From Antedon mediterranea (taxonomy: Eukaryota; Animalia; Echinodermata): a DNA stretch of 64,000 nucleotides. The notes beneath the pieces are model-generated. The model saw only the letters and a list, made by a program, of their open reading frames with translations, was not told the DNA's origin and did no database searches. Location of the stretch: contig NC_092670.1 in assembly GCF_964355755.1 (NCBI RefSeq), positions 35,266,388 through 35,330,387 of the forward strand, read 5' to 3'. Shown piece after piece: positions 12,798 through 27,251 of this stretch (position 1 is the stretch's first letter; each line of letters begins with the position of its first letter). The position numbers and the translations under genes are program-made.

Positions 12798-15700
12798 TTA
12801 GCCGCCTATAGGTACGACAACGTCTGCCATGACGTCAGATTTGCTTGGTATGAGGATGGTATCAGATGGACACGATTGCCATGATAACTGGGTACATAGA
12901 GAGTCTAGATCACCCGGCTCACAGATTGCTGTTGTACATTTGACTAATACCTAGAAAATAAATAGGTTTTATAATATTGTTAATAATATTGAAAGAAAAG
13001 TTACCGCCAAAAGCTAAAAGCTTTGTGTTTTGGTTACAGCTGTTAAAAATAGTCTTTGATGTATTATTGTTGACATTGTTTTTTTTCATCACAAAAGAGG
13101 AAAATGGACACGACTCTATTGGGTATACAATCAGAATAAACCGCTGGGGCGCTATTTCATCTATGTTTATACATGGATTGTTTTTATTAATCCCTGTCCT
13201 ATTTTGTCATTTATTTTATCAGTACTTTTTCCAAACTGGTCTAGCTTCTTTGTCTTGATAGGTAAAAAAGACGCTCTTTATTAAGTTTTCAGGGGTATTA
13301 TTGTGGTTCAATATTCCCTTCAATATTTTCATTTATAGACTATTACTACCATTTATCATATTAATAGTTCAATTGTATTTTCTGAATCGTAAAGTCTCAT
13401 TTACATGTATGAACCATTTTTAAATTTAATGGTGTTTTGGTCAATATTTAGGAAAGGCTTACCTCTTCTGTTAATCCGGTGAACATGAAGCTAAATGCAT
13501 CCATAGAAAATCTCCTCTCATACCGGTTGAATGCCTGTTCGAACTGAAGGGTTGGGTCGACAGGGCATCTTAAAAAAAGAATAAACAATGTAAATCGTAT
13601 GGTAATAATAATTCTTTTTTTTTAAAGTCGTTGAAATGTTTGAATAACATGAAGTCACTGGGTATTAACATTATTTGACTATATTTTCACTTCCCTACCC
13701 TGACGTAAATTGTAAATTTGAATTACTTGTGTAATTCTCGGGAGGGGGACTCGGACATCCAGATTACTAACCAGCTACTTCACAGTAGTTGTCACTTTGA
13801 ATAACTTATTTTGTTGTATAATACACTTACCCATCTTTAATGAATGTGTACTTGTCTGCTTTACACCCAGCCTTCTGTTTAGGAGTTGCCGTGCAGCTGA
13901 CAATCTGGAGATCCTTTCCTTTATTTACTGCTTCCAATCCAAAGAACATTCTCTGGTTCAGGTCAACGGCTGTCGGCATGTCTTCTTTGGTATATTCTCT
14001 TGAAAAAGTATCGTCAGTGTATAGTTTGAGCATTGTGTTTAGCCTGGATTGTCCGCGTACAGTGATTGCTTCTATGGCATCTGACGGAGTAAAGCTAACG
14101 TCGTAATAATCCAATCCCTCCACTTCACAAGTTACGTTGATTTTAATTTGACGATGGCTTCTGGTAACTGGTTGACCTTTAGCAATTGGCATCGGTACGT
14201 CCCGAACGACGTTTTTGAAAATCAGACGTCCAGGCGCTGGTCTCTGATTATAATAAATAGAGCATTTATTAGTATAGGTTACGTTTTCTTTTCCTTTTCG
14301 TACTATTTTTCTTACAAAACTGCACTATTAGGTTTTATTATCATTTTTTTATGGCCCACAAAACCATATTTAAACAGCATTAATCTTCTAAAAAATATTA
14401 TGCCTACTCACCTCAGCCACCGTTCCACATTCTTCGTATCCTGTTGTCATCTTGTAGTGAGTAGAGTTGAATATTTGCGCAAAGCATTTTCTGCTCCAGT
14501 TATCAATAAATCGTAGCTTATTTGGTTTTACGCCCTCTGCAAATCCTTTTGGGATGTACACACTTAGACTGGATGGTCCACACTCTACGGTTGGTTCAGG
14601 AATAGCAGCTAAAAGACCAAGGATAATTACAATTGATATTGTTGCTAGTTTAATACTTTTCAAAATATCAACTACAATGATTAACAACACACATTATTTT
14701 AAAAATAACTTACGGGTCCTTATAAGCCATGACAAGTATTCACTAGGCTTGAATCCACAGTCGTATCCACACGCATCAGTGCATTTTTGTCCAGCCGTTC
14801 CTTGGTCAACGTTCAATACGTAATTAGTGCCTGGTTTCATTAGATCAAATGGGTTAGCAATAGACATGACGTCAGGCTTGTTAGGTGTAATTTTTACTTC
14901 ATCTTTGTTTGAGACATCATATCTAGCAGCTACATTTCCCATCATGTCTGTGATTGAGATAAATGTTGGCTTGGTTGGCCTGACAACCTATAGAAAAAAA
15001 ATGATTGTTTATCTGTTTGTTTCATTCCTATTAGGCCTATTCATCTTGACAAAATTAAGTAGACATATCTTAATAAATTTTTCCATTGATAGTATTACAA
15101 TATTGAAACAAATTATTGCATTATAGTGTTCTTACCGCTTTGTCGAATTTAATTTTCCACATTTTAGGCTTTGGTGAGATTTCAGAAAGTGGGGCAGGGG
15201 AGGACTGCATTGGTAGAATCTTTGGTGGTGATGGTTCTTGAATTTCAGCAACAAAAGCTACAAAAACGATATAAAATATAGATAACTTTATAGAAAACAT
15301 TCTAATTCAATAAGGGTATTAAAAAAGTGTTTTAGCATTAGTGTGAATACTAAATATATCCAGGATTGTTCCTGCCAAGTTTTGTCTTCAATTTGCTATT
15401 TTCTTTTAAACTCAGAACTTTAGCTCAATTAATGCAACACTCACGTTTAACCAGGATGGTAAGCGTTTCGTAACTACTGTAAAATCTGTAAACAAAAACA
15501 AAAAATCAAATATATCAAGAATTATTTACAATAACAATATTAAATATGTAAACAAAGAACAAATTACGAAACTTAAAAGCTTTTTCAGAAAAAACTGATA
15601 TATCATAAATAACAAAATGATTTCAAAATAATGTCATAATTACGTACCCATCACGATCCACTGCATGGAACAGTACAAAGTGTTTTCCAATGTCCGATAC

Positions 15701-18700
15701 TTTTGGTGTCCAGGATACAACTCGGCTAGAATAGTTCCCGTGATTCTCCAACGGAGTCATGTCGAAATCTTGATTCGGTCGTTCAATTACCATAATTTTA
15801 ACACTGTAACAAATCGAACTTTAGTTAGTCATTCAGTTTTTCAATAACGTACAGTGTAGAATTATGATTGATTGAAGTGTGATGGCACTAGTTACTGTTA
15901 CGCGTGATTAATTATTGGAAAGATTAGAAGGAAAAACAAATGTTGACTTACTCCGCACTGCTGTAAGCCTTTAGTTCATAACTCCAGTCTTGTCCTGGTT
16001 TGATAACATGACAGCGTTTATAGTTACCAAAACTCAAGAGTCTGCATTCGCCTAAAAATGAATACGATATGTTTAAATTAGACCTGATGTTAAATGTAAC
16101 TTAACATTCTAGACATCATAATCAATGTGACGTTGACTCCATAAATGTACTATATATACACAATACAGTCTATTTTTTACAGGGTAACGTTTTCTGATAA
16201 TAACAAACCAATATTACCTTTCGACTCGACCTTAATGAGAAATTGGAGGGGCACTTTGCTAAGTGCGCCACTTTCTAAACGTCCGGTAACTGATGGTCTG
16301 TGATCCTCAAGTGTGATCGGAACAGCGTACCATCCTGGTTCCATTTGGGACACGGGGAATGAATAGCGGCACTCATTTTCATCGATAGTGGCTCCAGGGA
16401 ACGGGTCGCCGCACATACGGTGACTTGAACAGTAGCGTCCGTTGGAGCTGCAAGCTCGCTTAGGACACTCGTTTTCTTTGTTGGTCCATCGACATTTTAC
16501 ATTGTCGTCGTCTGCATCTGCCACTGTTTAAAAACAAACAAAATTGAATATTACTTCATGATCACTACGAGCTGTAGTTTGGTGGTCAATGTGCTTTCCA
16601 TCTATCCAAGATCCATGGTTCAATTCTGACATAACTCCAGAGTTGTTCCTTAAGACTCTTTCTACTCCTACGCTTCAAATGAGACTTTTAGTTTATAGCA
16701 TAATGCATTATTAAATAATAGTTTATAGGCCTACCCCCTGTAATTGGTTTCTTGCCGTTTGGAATAATACACAAAACACTACTGTAGCCCCAATCATCGT
16801 TGTTAAGCCACCTTTAGGCCTAAGTACCCCGGCTTTACTTACCCTGAACAACATGCCACTGTTATTTATTTGTGTTATTGTTTTATAAATGTATTATTTA
16901 TTTTTAAATTTCTGCCAAATACAAAATTAAGAAATAGGCAAGGGAAGACCAAACAATTTCTAAATCATTATGTTAGTTGGTCAACCCGAAACAGAAAAAT
17001 AAAATAAAATCCTTTACGATTTAATACTATCTAAACGGTAGTTAAAGAAGTATTATTTCTTCAAAAACAATGCCTTTAATCCTTACCTGGAATTTGGATA
17101 GAAACATCGCCACATTCTTTCATGAGTGTGATCATTGCGGGATGTGTAGTTTTTGGTGATTCGTTAGAAACGTCCAAGTCAACCGTTGTAACCATTCTCC
17201 ATGCGTTGCCAGGCCCACCGTAGTTTTTCAACTCCTGCATCCATTGGCTGTTGTAGTTGAATTTGTTAGGGGTTGTTGACTCCTGGTATCTGTTGAAATG
17301 CAAATTAATACAATTATTGTTAATTCCACTTTATTTTCCGACTTAGGGTCGTAATGGACAGTCACCAAGTTTATGATGTTAGAACTTAATTGCATTTGTA
17401 GAATGTTTTCCCATCTCCAACAATTTCTAAAATTAATTTCTGAAATGTTAAATGATGTTAAGTATTAGTAATGCTTGAAATATCTTACAATAAACTAACA
17501 GTGACCTAGTAGTGTTAATAATACATTTACATTTAGGCCCCAATCACCATTTTTTTTTTCCTTTACTATATCGTAATATCTTTACCTGCAAGTTTAAATA
17601 ATCATGTCTCTATCAATTTAGTTTCCAAATGGAAAGAGATTACACCGTATAATCTAATAAATGAACTAACCTAAACAAAATTTGAACTTTCAAAAACAAC
17701 ATTCCAAAGTGTGAATGAGTCCCATTCAGAAACTTACGAAAGTGTAAATTGTCGCATTCCAGGCTCGGGTGTATACGTAAATGATCCGACACCTGTACTC
17801 CAGTTCTCTGATTCATCCCAACTGGTACAATTGAGATCCAATTCTTTTCTATATATGTCGTGCTGGTTGCACTCCATACACAGCAGTCGTCCTTCCCCCA
17901 CAATTGTCGTTTTGTCGTCTGAGCACATAAACCGATCCATTCCTTCGTAACTTCTCATCCATGACACTCTCCATGTGATCTCAACCTGGATGATTAAAAT
18001 CAAATTCAAAATTTATTTAGTAATTTATTATTGAATTAATAATAATAATTTCTTACTTTCGATTTGACTTTCTATATTTGTTTTATTCAAAATGATTCAG
18101 CATTTATACTAGGGCTTTCTATGTTCAATTGGTATAGTAAGTGCTAACATATCAATCCTCTAATCAGATATTGTCTGCCTTTGTAAAATAAAAGATGCAG
18201 GATAGAGTGTGCGTAAACTGGTAAACGATCTTTCATAAATTAAAGGCAGAATCACATCACTATGTTATTGTATTGTCATGGTAGACTGTGTTTGACCTTA
18301 GTAAACTACATGATGGCAATAAGTGTACACAAACATTAAGAATAGAAATCACTTAAAATGTTTGAAAACAAAAATGTTTCTTTTACTTCAGCCTGTCTTA
18401 TGTAGGTCCAAAATAACTAAATACCAAGGCACATAGAATAATAGGGCCTACAACAAACGTATTTGTTTAAAATGTGACTGTAGTAGTAGTAGATAAATTA
18501 GTAGAAGTAAAGAACTAAGTTCAATGACCATACTATAGTGCAATGCGTAGTAGGAACTATTTAACATCAGATGTTAACTCGTCACCATTATACGATCTTA
18601 GGAATCGAGGTTAAGTGTTTCCTTTACAACGCGATAAAGTAAACTTAATTACCTCGTCATTGGTGCGTAGTTTGTTTTGTTTTGTGACGTCAAGAATTGA

Positions 18701-19296
18701 CTTTTGTTATGATTAGGTCATTAACAGAATTGTTTCCTTAATTATTCCCGTTTATTCAGATAAATCTCGAAAAATATGGTAATAATAGGTTAGAAATACT
18801 CCTCAACCTTGCAAAAACACATTACATAGTATCTGTACCTGTATTTGTAGCATGACAACAAACAGGATGCTTTAAAAAAATGTATAACCTCTGTTTTTTT
18901 TTCTCTTATCGAGTTAGTTGATTATTGAATCGATGTTTATATAACTTAATTATTTATTATCGTAATTATGATTAAAAACATATTTAACGCAACGGTAAGT
19001 ATATCAATGCGATTAGATTACAGTATATTAAAATCGCATTGGTTTTGGTAATTTTTAAGTTTTTAATTCAATTTGGTAACATTATAATAGAAATATTGCG
19101 CTGCACAGTACTAGGCTATTTATTAGATAATGGGATTCTAAACTCCAAATTAATTACTTTTACTTAGTGTATAGTGTACGATATTAATTAATTTTACCTT
19201 TCCATCTTCTGCTGGTTCCCAACTAAATGTACCGCCTCGGTAATGCTTCGCACTGGTGACTGCAGCCAGCAATGCGATTAATATTAAACTTTTCAT
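12798..19296 (-). CDS. Secreted ZP-domain protein with Sib/integrin-beta-like N-terminal region and Ig-like domains (about 805 aa, 13 coding exons)
   Basis: Phase-consistent GT-AG exons: 19296-19198, 17985-17738, 17289-17087, 16523-16218, 16051-15952, 15803-15648, 15485-15445, 15257-15136, 14987-14714, 14608-14412, 14243-13831, 13568-13463, 12950-12798 (2418 nt, no internal stop). Signal peptide MKSLILIALLAAVTSA; motifs HYRGGTFSW, DADDDNVKCRW, GWYAVPITLED, SKVPLQF; ZP-N (VECGPSSLSVYIPK, GYEECGT, FKNVV, INVTC) and ZP-C (SCTATP, YTFIKDGCPVDPT, RRFSMDAFSF, VLVKCTTAIC). Confidence 0.88.
16568..16690 (+). mobile_element. Degenerate tRNA-derived SINE in ZP gene intron
   Basis: GCTGTAGTTTGGTGGT A-box-like and GGTTCAATTC B-box-like motifs at tRNA spacing. 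Confidence 0.35.
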
Positions 19297-19477
19297 TTCT
19301 ATTTCACGTTACAAACTGTAAACAAAATAATGAATGTTCTATAAAGATATACAATAGAAAAATCAACAGAACATTGAAAAACATAAAAGCGGTATAGAAT
19401 AAAAAAAAAAAGAATGCACATATTTAAAATATATTGATTACTTTTAATTAATTAGCAACAATAGAGTATCGTAATTA

Positions 19478-19708
19478 ATAAGTGGTTAGGACACTTGACT
19501 GTCGTACAGATAGACCCGGGTTCAATGCCCAACAACTCCCAGTTCACTCAGCTGTAAAATGAGTACCTGGTTGAAAATACTAGGGAAAAAAAAGGCGGCG
19601 TGGAAAGGAACTGGCCACCCTACCACATAATGCCGAGGCTTAGTACAATGAGCTCCTAACAGCTCATTCCCCTACGTTCAGAGAACACGGGACTCACCTC
19701 ACCTCCTC
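19478..19708 (+). mobile_element. tRNA-derived SINE in ZP gene intron 1
   Basis: AGTGGTTAGGACACTTGAC...CCCGGGTTCAATGCCC head, central CTCAGCTGTAAAATGAGTACC typical of invertebrate SINEs, 3' (CACCT)n tail. Confidence 0.75.
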
Positions 19709-20035
19709 ATATAAACATCATAATTTAAAACCATTTTAAATTAATATGCAGGGGATACAACTAAATACACGAATAATACATATGTTACCAAAATAATAAT
19801 CATATGAATATTTAATTTAGTATATAGTATTTGATAATAATAATTTTTATTTTACATAACTTAGATAAGAAAAAGACTGAAAATTCAAGAATTGTATAAT
19901 GCTTAAGTTAACGAACAATATTTACTTATTAATTTAATTTTTAAAATAAAATTATTTAATTTAAGAATGTTTAATTAAATAAAAATAATTATTTGGAAGA
20001 AATATATTACATTTTAAAATATTTTAGTAACTTAC

Positions 20036-20160
20036 CAATTAGTTGCAATATGTATTTAATACCAGTTGTTCTTGGAGCTGATCTTTTAATTTTCCTCCAC
20101 TTTATCGTTTTCTTGCCGATGCTCTAATGCCGATCTTCATTACGATACTATATTTATAAG
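20036..20160 (-). promoter_or_regulatory. Putative TATA box and non-coding first exon of the ZP gene
   Basis: Minus-strand TATAAATA at 20151-20158, about 120 nt upstream of a G|GTAAGT donor at 20036; acceptor at 19315 lies just before the ATG. Confidence 0.55.
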
Positions 20161-21169
20161 AGCTGGGGCCGTGCCCACACGTGGCTACGTAATTTCAAAC
20201 CCATTGCTGCAGTTCCGGGTCGGGCCTACAATATTCAGACGTCCCAAAATCTGTCGAGACACCAGAGGGCGGAGTTATGGTTTCTAGGACCTAAACCGGA
20301 AACGCGTCACGGACAAGGACAGAAAGTTCAAAACACATTGGTATCAGTGTTGATTCATTATTATGAATCATTTCACATTTAATATTTTTCGGGTCAAAAA
20401 GTCGAGGGTAAACAGTGGTTCACAAGTAGTGTGTCGGTTTTTGAAATATGAAAAAGGCTAATCGGCGAGACACTAACTTCCTTTTATCTTTAGTTGAAGT
20501 GCTGGGAATCGATCAAGCCAGGCATCACCAATAATATTACATTCATTCAAGATATTAAAGTAAAGAAGTACAGATAATTTCTTCAAGATAATTATTTAAG
20601 CACCATGAGGCATTCATTCTAGACGTTCTATATTTATTGTCATTTAATTTTATAATTAGTAGGTCTTATTATTAGTCGACGTTTCGATTTTTGTCTGGAA
20701 TTACGTATAAAACGCCACATGTGCCAAAATATTTGTACTATATTTATCTTTTTACTAATTACCGTATTAATTCGAAACACATTCTAGGATGCATGTCTTT
20801 TTTTTTAAATTCCTCCAGTGAATTTACGTTTGCAGATGTGATTTGATTTTCACTACGACATCAGTAGTTTTACTTTAGGTTAGGCCTACTTGGCAGCCGC
20901 CTGGACTTCCTATCCGTCTTGGTTACGCGCTTATCGTCTATCTGTTGCCAAACAAAACTTAGGTCAGTAAGGTATGTCACGTCTTTCAAGACAGTTCCAG
21001 TTTAGCATGCAGTCATCATTAATTATCATAATAAGCGAAACTAATTTAAAGATGACTGATATGAAATGATCAATAATTTCGAATTTAGTTTCAGAACCAA
21101 GTTTATTTAGGTATCTTGGTGTATGATGAAAACTGAGTATAGTAATTCCGCAGGCAAGTGTGAGGTGTA

Positions 21170-21299
21170 AATGTGATGTGCCCATATACTGTATGGACAT
21201 GGTGATGTCATATCACTACCATATTTAAGCATATCATTACAATTTTTGGGCACATCACACTTTTTTTTGTCAAACTAGTATGATAGTGTAGACATGGCT
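21170..21299. mobile_element. MITE family A copy (left end lost)
   Basis: AATGTGATGTGCCCATAT...ATCACTACCATATTT...GATAGTGTAGACATGGCT. Confidence 0.75.
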
Positions 21300-23513
21300 T
21301 CATTGGTGAAAGTATAGGCGTCTACTTGAATTATGCCAAAAGTTACAATATCAGCTTGATTATTTTTTAAACACATGTGGAGTATTTCAACATTTGAGTT
21401 TTTTTCTACTTTTAATTACATAGAATGGAATTTTGTTAGTAATGAAATGCAAGAAAAATTGCTGTTGTTGGAACACGTTCATTTACTTTCTTGTGACGTA
21501 AGAAGCGTTTTAATGTTTCACGTTTTTATTTACCACTGAGCCTTACCTGGCAAAATTTCAACACGAATATTGGGGATCTTGCTTCCTATCAATCTTCCAC
21601 TACTTCCCCTTCTAACCACAAGAAAAAGGATTAAAAAAATATCAGTCAATCCTAAAAATATAATTTCACAATGATGCGTTTCATTTTGATGTACTTGTAA
21701 GTTAATAGTTTCCGAGTGGGTTGTTGTGTCCGTATCGTTAATAAAAATATTGACCAAGCGGTTATAAAATTAAAATTCTGTTTTAGTCAACAATATTATT
21801 GATTGACATTTATTAGATTAGATCTTGGCCTTCTAAAACAAAATGTTGTTGTCATTAGAATATTAATATTACACATGTAGGCCTTATTATTACAATGTAA
21901 TTCCGTGTGCAAGTCCTGTTAAGACGCATAGATTTTATTTTTCATTGCTTTTCTGTAGATGATTCTTTGTGTATTTTGTAATACCGTACAGCGTTAGAAA
22001 ACTGTAATTTTTCGAGATCCAAACATAGTAAACAAAAGCAATATATATATATTTTGTTAAGGCCTAATTATAACTACTTGATGCAAACTCTAGAATGTGT
22101 AAAATATTGATTTCTACTAAGTTTTTTTAGTGAATATGGATAATTAAAGAAATTAAATGTTGTTCGTTACTCAAAAAGTACATTTTAAATATTAAAAAAA
22201 ATCAAAATTACTAGCCGACTAATATTATTTGTTACTTGCTTTACTTCCTTTTTATTTAAATTAGACTTGATATTTGTACGTTTTAGTTGAGATTTGGCAA
22301 TTTATTTAAGTAGTATCATCATCCACAAAATAATATACAACTCTTTCTAACAGTTTAGTATAATCTGTATCAAAACATAGAAACTGCGAAATATAAGGTA
22401 CCGGTAGCTGTGGTGTTTGAAAATCGGTTTACAGGTTACTGTGTTTTAGCATATAGGCTAATACGGTACTCATTACAGATACACAGTTTCAAGTCTATCA
22501 GAGGCTTTAGGCCTACTATTATTTCTTAAACATGTTTTAATCTAAGATGACAGAAGTTACCAAAGGCAAATCGTCATTATTTATCAGGGGACAGTCTGGT
22601 GATTGGAGACTACAAAAGTCACGATAAAATTGAATAAGCCGGACGAATCTATTAGCTTGATGTCTATCTAAAGTAAATATTGGATTTTGTAAAATTATGA
22701 ACGACACAGGAATGTCTTGTTTGCTGACGAAATCGGGGAAACCTTAATTTAGACTGACTGTGAAAGGACGGTGAAAGAAACAGTACGAAGCGCGTACGCC
22801 AATGCGCCTCTGGTTGACCTGCGCGATACCTTTGATCTTTACCGCATGGATACCTGGGGTAATTTTGTTGGAGCTGTGTAGAAACTCATCTATCATTAAA
22901 CTCGACAGTTTTCAGTACAACTATTATACACCACTGCTATTTGATAAATAATCATTCGCTTTGTATTTATAGCACGTACATCATCATTCTCACCAGATCA
23001 CACAGCAAGTTTTGTTATTTTATTATAATTTTATTCGAATGGAAACCTCGGTATTTTAGCTTGACTAATTTGTTTTGATTCATATTTTGCTTAATAAAGA
23101 TATAAAATACTCCAGTGGAATTTGTATTTTTTCCGTGACACAAAAGGTTTTTTTACACCTGTTCCTGTCCGGCTCCGGTAAATAAAATCGAACGTCAATG
23201 TTTTTAGTTATTAACGTAAATAAAACGTAGCGTAAATCGAACATATGAGCTCTGATTGGTTGCGCATTTTATTAGCGTGGAAAATAACTTTACTTTCTTT
23301 TTTTTTTCCAATACCAGATTTATTATTCCACTTTTTGTATTGTATTGGTACCGTACGGTACTCTTCTAAAATTTAGACTATAATAAATACATCAAAAAGG
23401 AACTATTGATGGTTGACAAACTCCGATTACATCTCATTTAAAAAATAATTTCATAATTCAGTTTCAGTTTTTAATAGTTATGTTAGGTTCTTTTAAGCTA
23501 CTTACTAAATCAT

Positions 23514-23648
23514 GCTCTGTCTACACTATCAAACTTTATGTGACAAACAAGTTTGATGTGCACATGGACATGATGATGTCATATCACTACCATATTTGGG
23601 CACATCACACTTTTTTTGTCAAACTAGTTTGATAGTGTAGACAGAGCT
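23514..23648. mobile_element. MITE family A copy inside a second inverted-repeat element (23494-23720)
   Basis: GCTCTGTCTACACTATCAAACT...AGTTTGATAGTGTAGACAGAGCT|TTA; outer arms TAAGCTACTTACTAAATCATGCTCTG / CAGAGCATGATTTTAGTAAGTTGCTTA. Confidence 0.8.
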
Positions 23649-26600
23649 TTATGAAAACATTACTTCGGTAATGTTCCAACATAGACGAAAATGCAGAGCA
23701 TGATTTTAGTAAGTTGCTTACCACTAAAAAAATACAATGAAACTATTATTATTTGTTGATTAATTAGGCATAGCATGACCATTTATTACCAATTAAACAA
23801 GACATTATTATTAAGAAAACCTTTTTCTATTACTGAATGTGCTCTATAACAGAGCGCCACTTTATTACACCTGAACATTCTCTGTAAATTGATATGTAAA
23901 CATATGTTCCAACAAATTATGTACTTATAACGATTAGCCACCCGTTGATAGAAAAATGTACAGAATCAGATCTGATATACAATACAAACTCTCAAATATT
24001 TCTCTTACACGAATATAAAAGACAGTTCAAAATACTTTTCGATTGTCACTCAAAAGCAGCGATAATTTTTGTAAGGTTTGAGACATAATGTATCATTTTC
24101 AAGTTTAATGTAATTATAAACTGAAATGAAATTTGTAATGATCATAATTGATTTGATTTTATTCCGTTTCAACATATGATTACAAGACAATATGAATTCA
24201 AACAATGTACAAGCAAATATAGCCCATAAAGTCGAGAAAAAAAATCAACTTAATTCCAATGGGGTCCTTTAAAAACAGTATAAACAATCACAACAAACAC
24301 CATAGACAATCACAACAAACAGCATATACATACAAATCAAACACGCATAAAATAAAATATGGCAGAAGATTTACAATTTAAAAAAAAAAAAATATGAGAC
24401 AATAGCAATTGGATGAGCTAGTTTTATTATCGAATTGAAAGAAGCAAAACAATTAAACTATAACTCTTAATTTGGCTGACAGCAAATGTATGCGTTTTGA
24501 TAATAAGTATGTAAATCAAACAGAGTTGTTAGATTTTTGCTAAGTATTTAGGCATCATTCAGGCATCAAATGTGAACACGGTGGAAAGAGGATAGGGTTA
24601 AGTTTCATTATGATCCCACATCATATTATAGTTTAGAAAAGCAGAGGTTTGGTTTTGCTGCTAAGTAAAAACAGTATGCTAAATTATTTTAATTAAAAAA
24701 TATTATATTTGAGGTGATCTTTGGTTGGAAATTTAACATAGAGCATTCATTCATCCTTTATAGAAGGAGAGAAAACTTCTGTCAGTTAATATCAGTCAAC
24801 GACACAAAATGATAATATACAAAGAATCGTTAAACAAGTAAATCGTCTCAAATACTTCCCATTGTCTAGAATATCTACAAGATTGTTATCTTTAATTGAA
24901 CGTGATTTTTATATAACTAGACAGAATTATTATATTTTATCGTGGGTAGTTTAAAAAATAAATTAAATTAGATTTAATAGTAATTATGTAGACGGTACAC
25001 CGTCTTGTTTGTGTTGTTGACAATTTTTCAGAGAGTGTCAATGACTCGGACATCGTAGGGGGATGACCAATATTTTGGTAGTAATGACCTCGAATTAGAG
25101 GTGGACAACCGCATTTATATTTTAAGAATATCAAAGCTGTCACAGAAACCTAGATAAGTAAGACAATTATTTCTATGTTTCGTATTGAATGTATCATGCT
25201 TTCTTCCAATTGTGTTTACTGAAAAATAGAAAATGTTTAAAACTTAATTTAAAAACAAAGCATTTTAAGAAAGAAATTAGGAAACTCAACTCCATAATTT
25301 TAACCAACCGATGTTCTAAAATACTATACTCAAAGTGTATAGTGAAAGTGAATGAAGATGATTTTTCGTGATTAAATTTTGTTGCATAGCATTTCTACTT
25401 ATTTTATCTAGTTTATGGCAAAAGTATATAATACTGTACTATGTTTTTTTAAAAGAAGATTGTAAATTAGATATAAATAAAATATATAAAAAAAAATTAA
25501 ATAAAGTCAGTGATCGAACAATCAACAGGTTATAATTTGTAGGCGTATGTATAGGCTACCGGTAGTATCTTGACGAGCTGCAATTACATACTCAATTATC
25601 AAGGTCGGGTGAGTCGATTACCCTTTACCTATAATAATTTTAGAGAAAAAAGAGAGAGTGGGTTCAAATATATCACAGGTATCTCAGTCACTAACCTCGA
25701 AAGATGGACGTCGATATAAAGATTAAGGTACTATATTATAACTAGAATTAGTTAGGCGCAAACGTAACGTGCATGTACGTACGCACGCTAAACCAGGTGT
25801 GCGTTATTAGGATGTATGCTATACTATGACCTGATGTTTGTTAACATTGTTAAATTTAATGAGGGTCCCTAATGATCATGGATGAACCACTCTCGTTAAA
25901 TATTGTTGAAATAAAAAATAAAATAAACTAAAAAAGTCGATTTTGTACAAACACAATATGTGATGCGCAGATGGTGTATATAAAAAAAAAACAAACAAGC
26001 GCATACAACTCGACGCAAACTTCGTTAAACTAAATACTGTAAATACAAAAATAGGCCTACTGCAAATAAATAAATATATGAGCGTTAATATAAGCGTTAT
26101 ATGACTTCTGTATGCACTAGTAAGAATTCCACTATAACATAAATAACGATTCATAAATAAAGATTTTAAAAATGCTTTTACTTATTTAATTAATTATTAA
26201 ACGAAGACCTTATTATAATGGGCTAATTGATGATGATGCCAATTTATACGTCATTTAAGCCTATGGTACATTTTTCTAGCACGTACGTTTACCTAGTTTT
26301 ATGAGACTGTGGGATGACTTCTTGGAAAGAGGGCTGTCTAAATTAAAATAGGAAGTAGGTAACTACCGGCATCTACTTTAACATTAAATTAATGTGTAGT
26401 TCCAATTGTTGCACAAAATAAAACTAACCCGGTTTAAATCAAGAACAAATTATCATTATTATTTTTCCAGCATTTATGATTTGGTGGAAAATGGCTTTGC
26501 ACGTGTAGTCTATGCGGTATTGACTACGGTATTGGAAGCAAAAATGTGCTAAAATTATTCTAAGCTGACACTTAAATGACTTTTGAGGGATGACAAAGGC

Positions 26601-27251
26601 TATAGCATAATCTTGTCACACCAATGTCAAGAAAAGGCGGGTGGGCTAAATGTTAACTTTATAGCCTGATTCCTTCAATCACTACGGAGCTCTGCCAGCA
26701 AAGTAATAAATCAAGAAAAGGAAATGAAAGTAAATTAATTGATGATAGATCTATTCAACATATCCTATAATTTCCTATCTGCTAATGATCGGTCAAGTCA
26801 CATCATACTCTTACAATCAACTCAATCAGTTACGCACCGGAAAAAAGTGTTAACGGATCAGTCTCATCGGTCAGTAAAATGGTCAATCATAGACGGACTT
26901 GCTCTTCGGGGCCTACCAATGTTAGCTACAGGGCATTAGGGAGCCTCTGTACACTGCACGGAAGTTAAAGCAAGGGAAAGGAAAGTTTATGCAAAGTGGG
27001 GGCGCTTCGTCCACTAGACTACAGCATGTATTATATATAATAAAAAAATCAAAATAATAGAAAAATAAATAAGATAATTTACATATTTAAAAGATGAATA
27101 TTATATTATTAATACTATAGTATTTAATATAATATCCATGTTTAAATATCTAAAATATCTTATTGATTAATTAATTAATACTTATGTACATAGTGTATTT
27201 TGAGTACTATTTTACTTAATTTCACCCGATTCTGCAGTTTTCATTAGATAC

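Noticed and set aside
17586-17670. Possible extra ZP-gene exon with a CAG|GTAAA donor
   Set aside because: Stops in the required frame; the flanking exons join in phase without it.
22724-22746. CTGACGA...GAAA hammerhead-like core
   Set aside because: No stem II pairing.
24230-24620. Possible very old CR1-like 3' end on the minus strand
   Set aside because: Too degenerate to support a call by eye.
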